NCBI GenBank assembly: GCA_009914755.4
Contig: CP086569.2
Span: 20,864,001-20,928,000 of the forward strand
DNA length: 64,000 nucleotides
DNA from: the human T2T-CHM13v2.0 reference genome, Homo sapiens
Reading direction: 5' to 3'
Part shown: positions 58,433-64,000 of the stretch, one piece after another
How the letters are laid out: each line of letters begins with the position of its first letter
Position numbering within the stretch: position 1 is the stretch's first letter
The notes under the pieces: model-generated
Database searches by the model: none
What the model saw: only the letters and a program-made list of their open reading frames with translations
What the model was told of the DNA's origin: nothing
Made by a program: the position numbers and the translations under genes

Positions 58433-61400
58433 TTCTGTGGTAGGCCAGTCAGTCCTGGAAATAATTCAGATGAGAGTAGGTCTGATCTGAGTTTGGTTAT
58501 GGAGTGAGCCTTATGCCTATAATTTCTATACCACTGGATATATTAAGTTCTGTGCTTCCTGATTCTGCTCCAGAGAAATATGACTCCAACAATTTTTGTC
58601 ATCTTAATGTATTTTAGGCATTTTCCTGTCTCTTTTACAATATACCATAACAAGCAATTTAACCAAATCCCTTGGTTCTTTCTATGGCAGTTACATTAGA
58701 AGCTAAATATTTATTCTTAACAAAGTAAAAGCAATAAAGTAGTAATGATAAAAACAACGCATTTTCTATCCATGTACAGCTCATCAGGTCATGACATTAA
58801 AACTCCCAGAGAAGCAATATAAGGGAAATGGTCAAAATTAAGTCCAACTTCTTTATTGGTACTGACCACATGATGCTGAATTCAACCATTTATCTATATT
58901 CTCTAGAATGAGCATTCCTGGATAGTAGAGACCATGACTGCTTCCTGTGTTTTCTAATCGCATATAAAGCAGAAGCAAGCAGCTCATAGATAAATTCAAA
59001 TCGCCAGACCTGATTTTTCACCAAAGAACCAGAAAATGGAGCAACTTCCAGCTGGATACAAGCCAGGACATTTCTGTGAAGGGAAGAACAAACCCTGGTT
59101 GAGTACTTTCTCCTCTGAAATGAAAGCAGAATAGACATCTTTTTTTTTTTTTTGAGCAGAACTCTAGTTTTGAAAGGATGAACCCAAATGTCTCAAGGAC
59201 TAACAGGTGCTGGTCAGAGTACCCAGTTACTGTAAGCTAATATCCCATGGTGTCCAGGCAGGAGACACTCAGGCTTACTTTGTGAGGTGCAAATAGAAAA
59301 TGGAAATGTTCTGGTGGACTTGCAGACCCTGAATCCAGATGTAATAACCTCTGGAACTCTGAGGAGTTAACCTCTGCTACTGAAGAACCAACTGTTGGGT
59401 ATGAGAAAAAACACAAATACTCTATTTCAGTAACGCAGTGGAAAGACAAGCATAGTTGAAATAAAGTTTCTAAATGTCTTGTGATCTAGGCCCGTCACTT
59501 TGAAGGTGATTCTTTAAACTTACATATTCTGCCATCAGATTCTGTTTATACCAGCTTGTCACAAAATTGTAGTGGATCACTGAATAAAATCTGGAAAACT
59601 CAAGAAGTTCTACTCTCTCAAAAAGTGGGGCTTCATATATCAATGTTGACCTCTCACAATTCTGAAAATGTCTCCTCTGAATTTCTGCATGTCCTAAACT
59701 GAGAGTGTGGCTGTGTCTTGTGAATCTCAGGAAAAGGCAAGTTTTATGTATAGATTCTTGATGAGATCAACCTGGCTCTGCATTTTTGTGAGTTGCAGCA
59801 AGTGGAGTAAAACCAGAGTAGAGATTCGCCTCATGGAGGCTCCTTTAATACATTCTAAGTAGTATTTTGACCTAAAAGTGGAGGATTAAACTTAATATAT
59901 TAAGTAGAGAGTTTATTTGGGCCAAAGCTTGAAGATGCAACTCTAGAGTACAGTTACAGTTTCCCTGAATATACACTCCAATTAGCAGCAATTATAACTG
60001 TATACTTAAATGCAAAAAAAAAAAAAAGTCTGATACCAAGTTCTTGTCAGATATCTTTATTACCAGATGCTAGGAAGAGTAACAGTGGGTTGATGGAAAG
60101 TAGGGATAGGGAAAGGGTACAAAAACTGTTAGAATTCAAACCTCAGAAAACAAAAGTCAGATGTTGTCTATAAATTTGTAGATACTCTTTATGATTTTAT
60201 CACCTACTGTGTATCATCAAATAGGGTTTTATTTAATTTTTTACCTTTCACACTTTCTATCATAAAAAGATAAATTGGTATATTCAGTTTTTTTTCTCCA
60301 GGTTGTCAAAGACTTGTTATTTTTTCTCTCATGTAAGGAACATAGGAGCCATAATTTCCAGCTGTACAAGAGAACATATGACATAAATTGTAAACAACTC
60401 TTCTCAGATTCATCAGTAACTTCAGATCAAATGGAATATTCTTAACCCCAATTCAGATTAAAAACAGATGAACACATAACTTCAAAACTTATCTGTGCAT
60501 TATAATTTCTCAGTTTACAAACCCATAAGCATGAACATCTGCATGAACCAGTACCAAGATAGAAAAATCCAAAGTGTAACTGGCAAATAAAGGTTGAGTG
60601 CAGACAAACGTGACACTATAAAATAACAGAGAAACCAGACTTAGGGAATCTTCATAAGCTTATGAGTTTTATATACTTAGGTATTCCAGATTAGCAGTGA
60701 AGATTATAGAAAAATCCCTTTATGCTTTTGGTAGGGGGAGTGGAAAATATTCCTGGGTAAAGTTAGCCATTTTAAACTATTCTCAGGGCGTTCTTAGCAT
60801 CCGTGGTGGTCTACACTCACTTTGTTTTTTTCCTGTCTCCAGAGGTGGTCACTCTCCCTAATTTTGTAGATATTCTTTATAACATTATCGTTTTGTATCA
60901 AAAATAGTGTCTTCTTAATTTGTCTTCTTTTCACTTTCTATGAAAGTAAATTAATCGATTCGTATCTCTGGTTTTGGCCCCCAGGTTGTTTCATGCCTGC
61001 TGGCGTCTAAGGCTTGAGTTATCCACTTTTCTCATTTATTCCACTTACTGTAGGATTTAAATTGTTTCAATTTTATATTTGGTTATGTAAAATGGTTTGC
61101 TTGTAATACTTGTTTAGGTTTCCAAATGCTTATGCATAAATAGTAAAATATACATTAGAGAAAACTAGTTGGGTTGTAGATTTTGGGAAATCTCAAGGTT
61201 ACCAGAAATTTCCAATAAAGTGTATGAAGTTACCCTTCCATCATTTTGCACATACATTTATTTATTAAATTGGAATTATGTAATGTATTAATTTTTGCCT
61301 ATCAGTATGTGTAAAATGAGATCACATTAGATTTTAAGTTTATTTTTTACTAATTAATGCTGAGACTGATCATTTTTAAATATAGTCTCACACTTCTAGA

Positions 61401-62345
61401 TAATGGTTTCAGTCATGTTGTCATTGTTCACTATCTTGTTTCTTTCTCATGATTTTTAAATATAGTCTGGGCATTTATTTTCATGTTTGGTTTTAACTGA
61501 TGTTTTCAACTCATTAAATTAAACACTATGAAGTGCTAATGCTAAATCATTTGTCAGATAAGGTTTTGTTCATAATACATTGCCAACTGTCTTTGAACAT
61601 GGGCATATCAACTTGAATTCACAACAGAAATAAAGTACTGTTTTGTCTTTTACTCTGGATTTTTGGAATTGTTTGTGTTGTGTTTTGGAATTTAGACATT
61701 CTAATAGTTGTTTAGTAATACTAATTCACCAAACATTATAAAAATAATAAATGTCTTAAAAAGCCAAATTTTTTCAAGAACAAGATGAGATCATGATGAA
61801 TATAACTCAAAGTTTTTAAAGTACAATAATTCTGACTGTATGGTATTAGCAAAGGAAATTCATAAATAAACCAATGGAAATCAGAAGTGTCTTTGAACAG
61901 ACAGATGTATTTGGTAATTTGACTTAATAGGCATGGCAAAATAAAGGCAGAAATGAGTTTCACATTAATACATAGGTAGAAAAAACTTTGGTCTAAGCGA
62001 AAAATATGCACTCTCTTCCCATCTATGCTGAGGGAAAAATAGTTTATTATAGATATAAATGTGACAGGCAAAGCTAGAACGTATTTATAGGTCCTAGAGA
62101 AATAAATTTACTGCATGATATTACATAGTGTACTTTATTGGTATCCTCATGGAGTACCTTAACAGCTTTTCCCGTCATTATTACCAGCATCATATTAACT
62201 CCACAAAACTTGTTTTGGAAACTCAGAAATTGTGTTATTTTGCTGACATTCTCTTGCAAGGAAATTGAAAAGATAACCTTCACATGGGGTACAAATACTT
62301 GTCACAGAAACTTTTATTTAGAATAACCTGTTTTGCCTCCACTAG

Positions 62346-63803
<1,458 letters not shown>

Positions 63804-64000
63804 ATTCAAGTATGCTCAATAAAAAAAGTATGATAGGTAAAAATTTTAATAGTCTCTTCACTCATCTCAGTGGATATACAGCTTATCACCTGTAATTCAT
63901 GCCCTTCACTCTATAAATGACTGTCACATACTGTAAAAAGTGTATCTTCAGGACTATTGACATAATTTGCTTTGTCCCCAAATCTTATCTTGAATTGTAA

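Overview
This window is primate (human-type) nuclear DNA made up mostly of interspersed repeats; it contains no bacterial or phage-like system. It holds at least nine Alu copies, several LINE-1 copies and fragments of several endogenous retroviruses (ERVs), described next. The LINE-1 copies include one full-length L1PA with intact 16-bp target-site duplications. The ERV material comprises an internally deleted HERV9 provirus on the minus strand (two LTR12 LTRs, PBS-Arg, polypurine tract, gag/pro/RT remnants and an env tail), a HERV-K-like pol relic carrying a nested solo LTR12, two separate env TM remnants, and an unclassified LTR family present twice in inverted orientation. A complete THE1/MaLR element is also present. 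I found no intact cellular protein-coding exon. The coding-like material that is not retroelement-derived is a PPIA (cyclophilin A) processed pseudogene, an aldolase-like pseudogene fragment split by the full-length L1, and a degenerate C2H2 zinc-finger relic. Low-complexity features include a ~1.45-kb A-rich tract, a (CTTTT)n array and TG/TA microsatellites. All coordinates are approximate (about ±20 bp), and subfamily names come from recalled consensus features, not from a database search.
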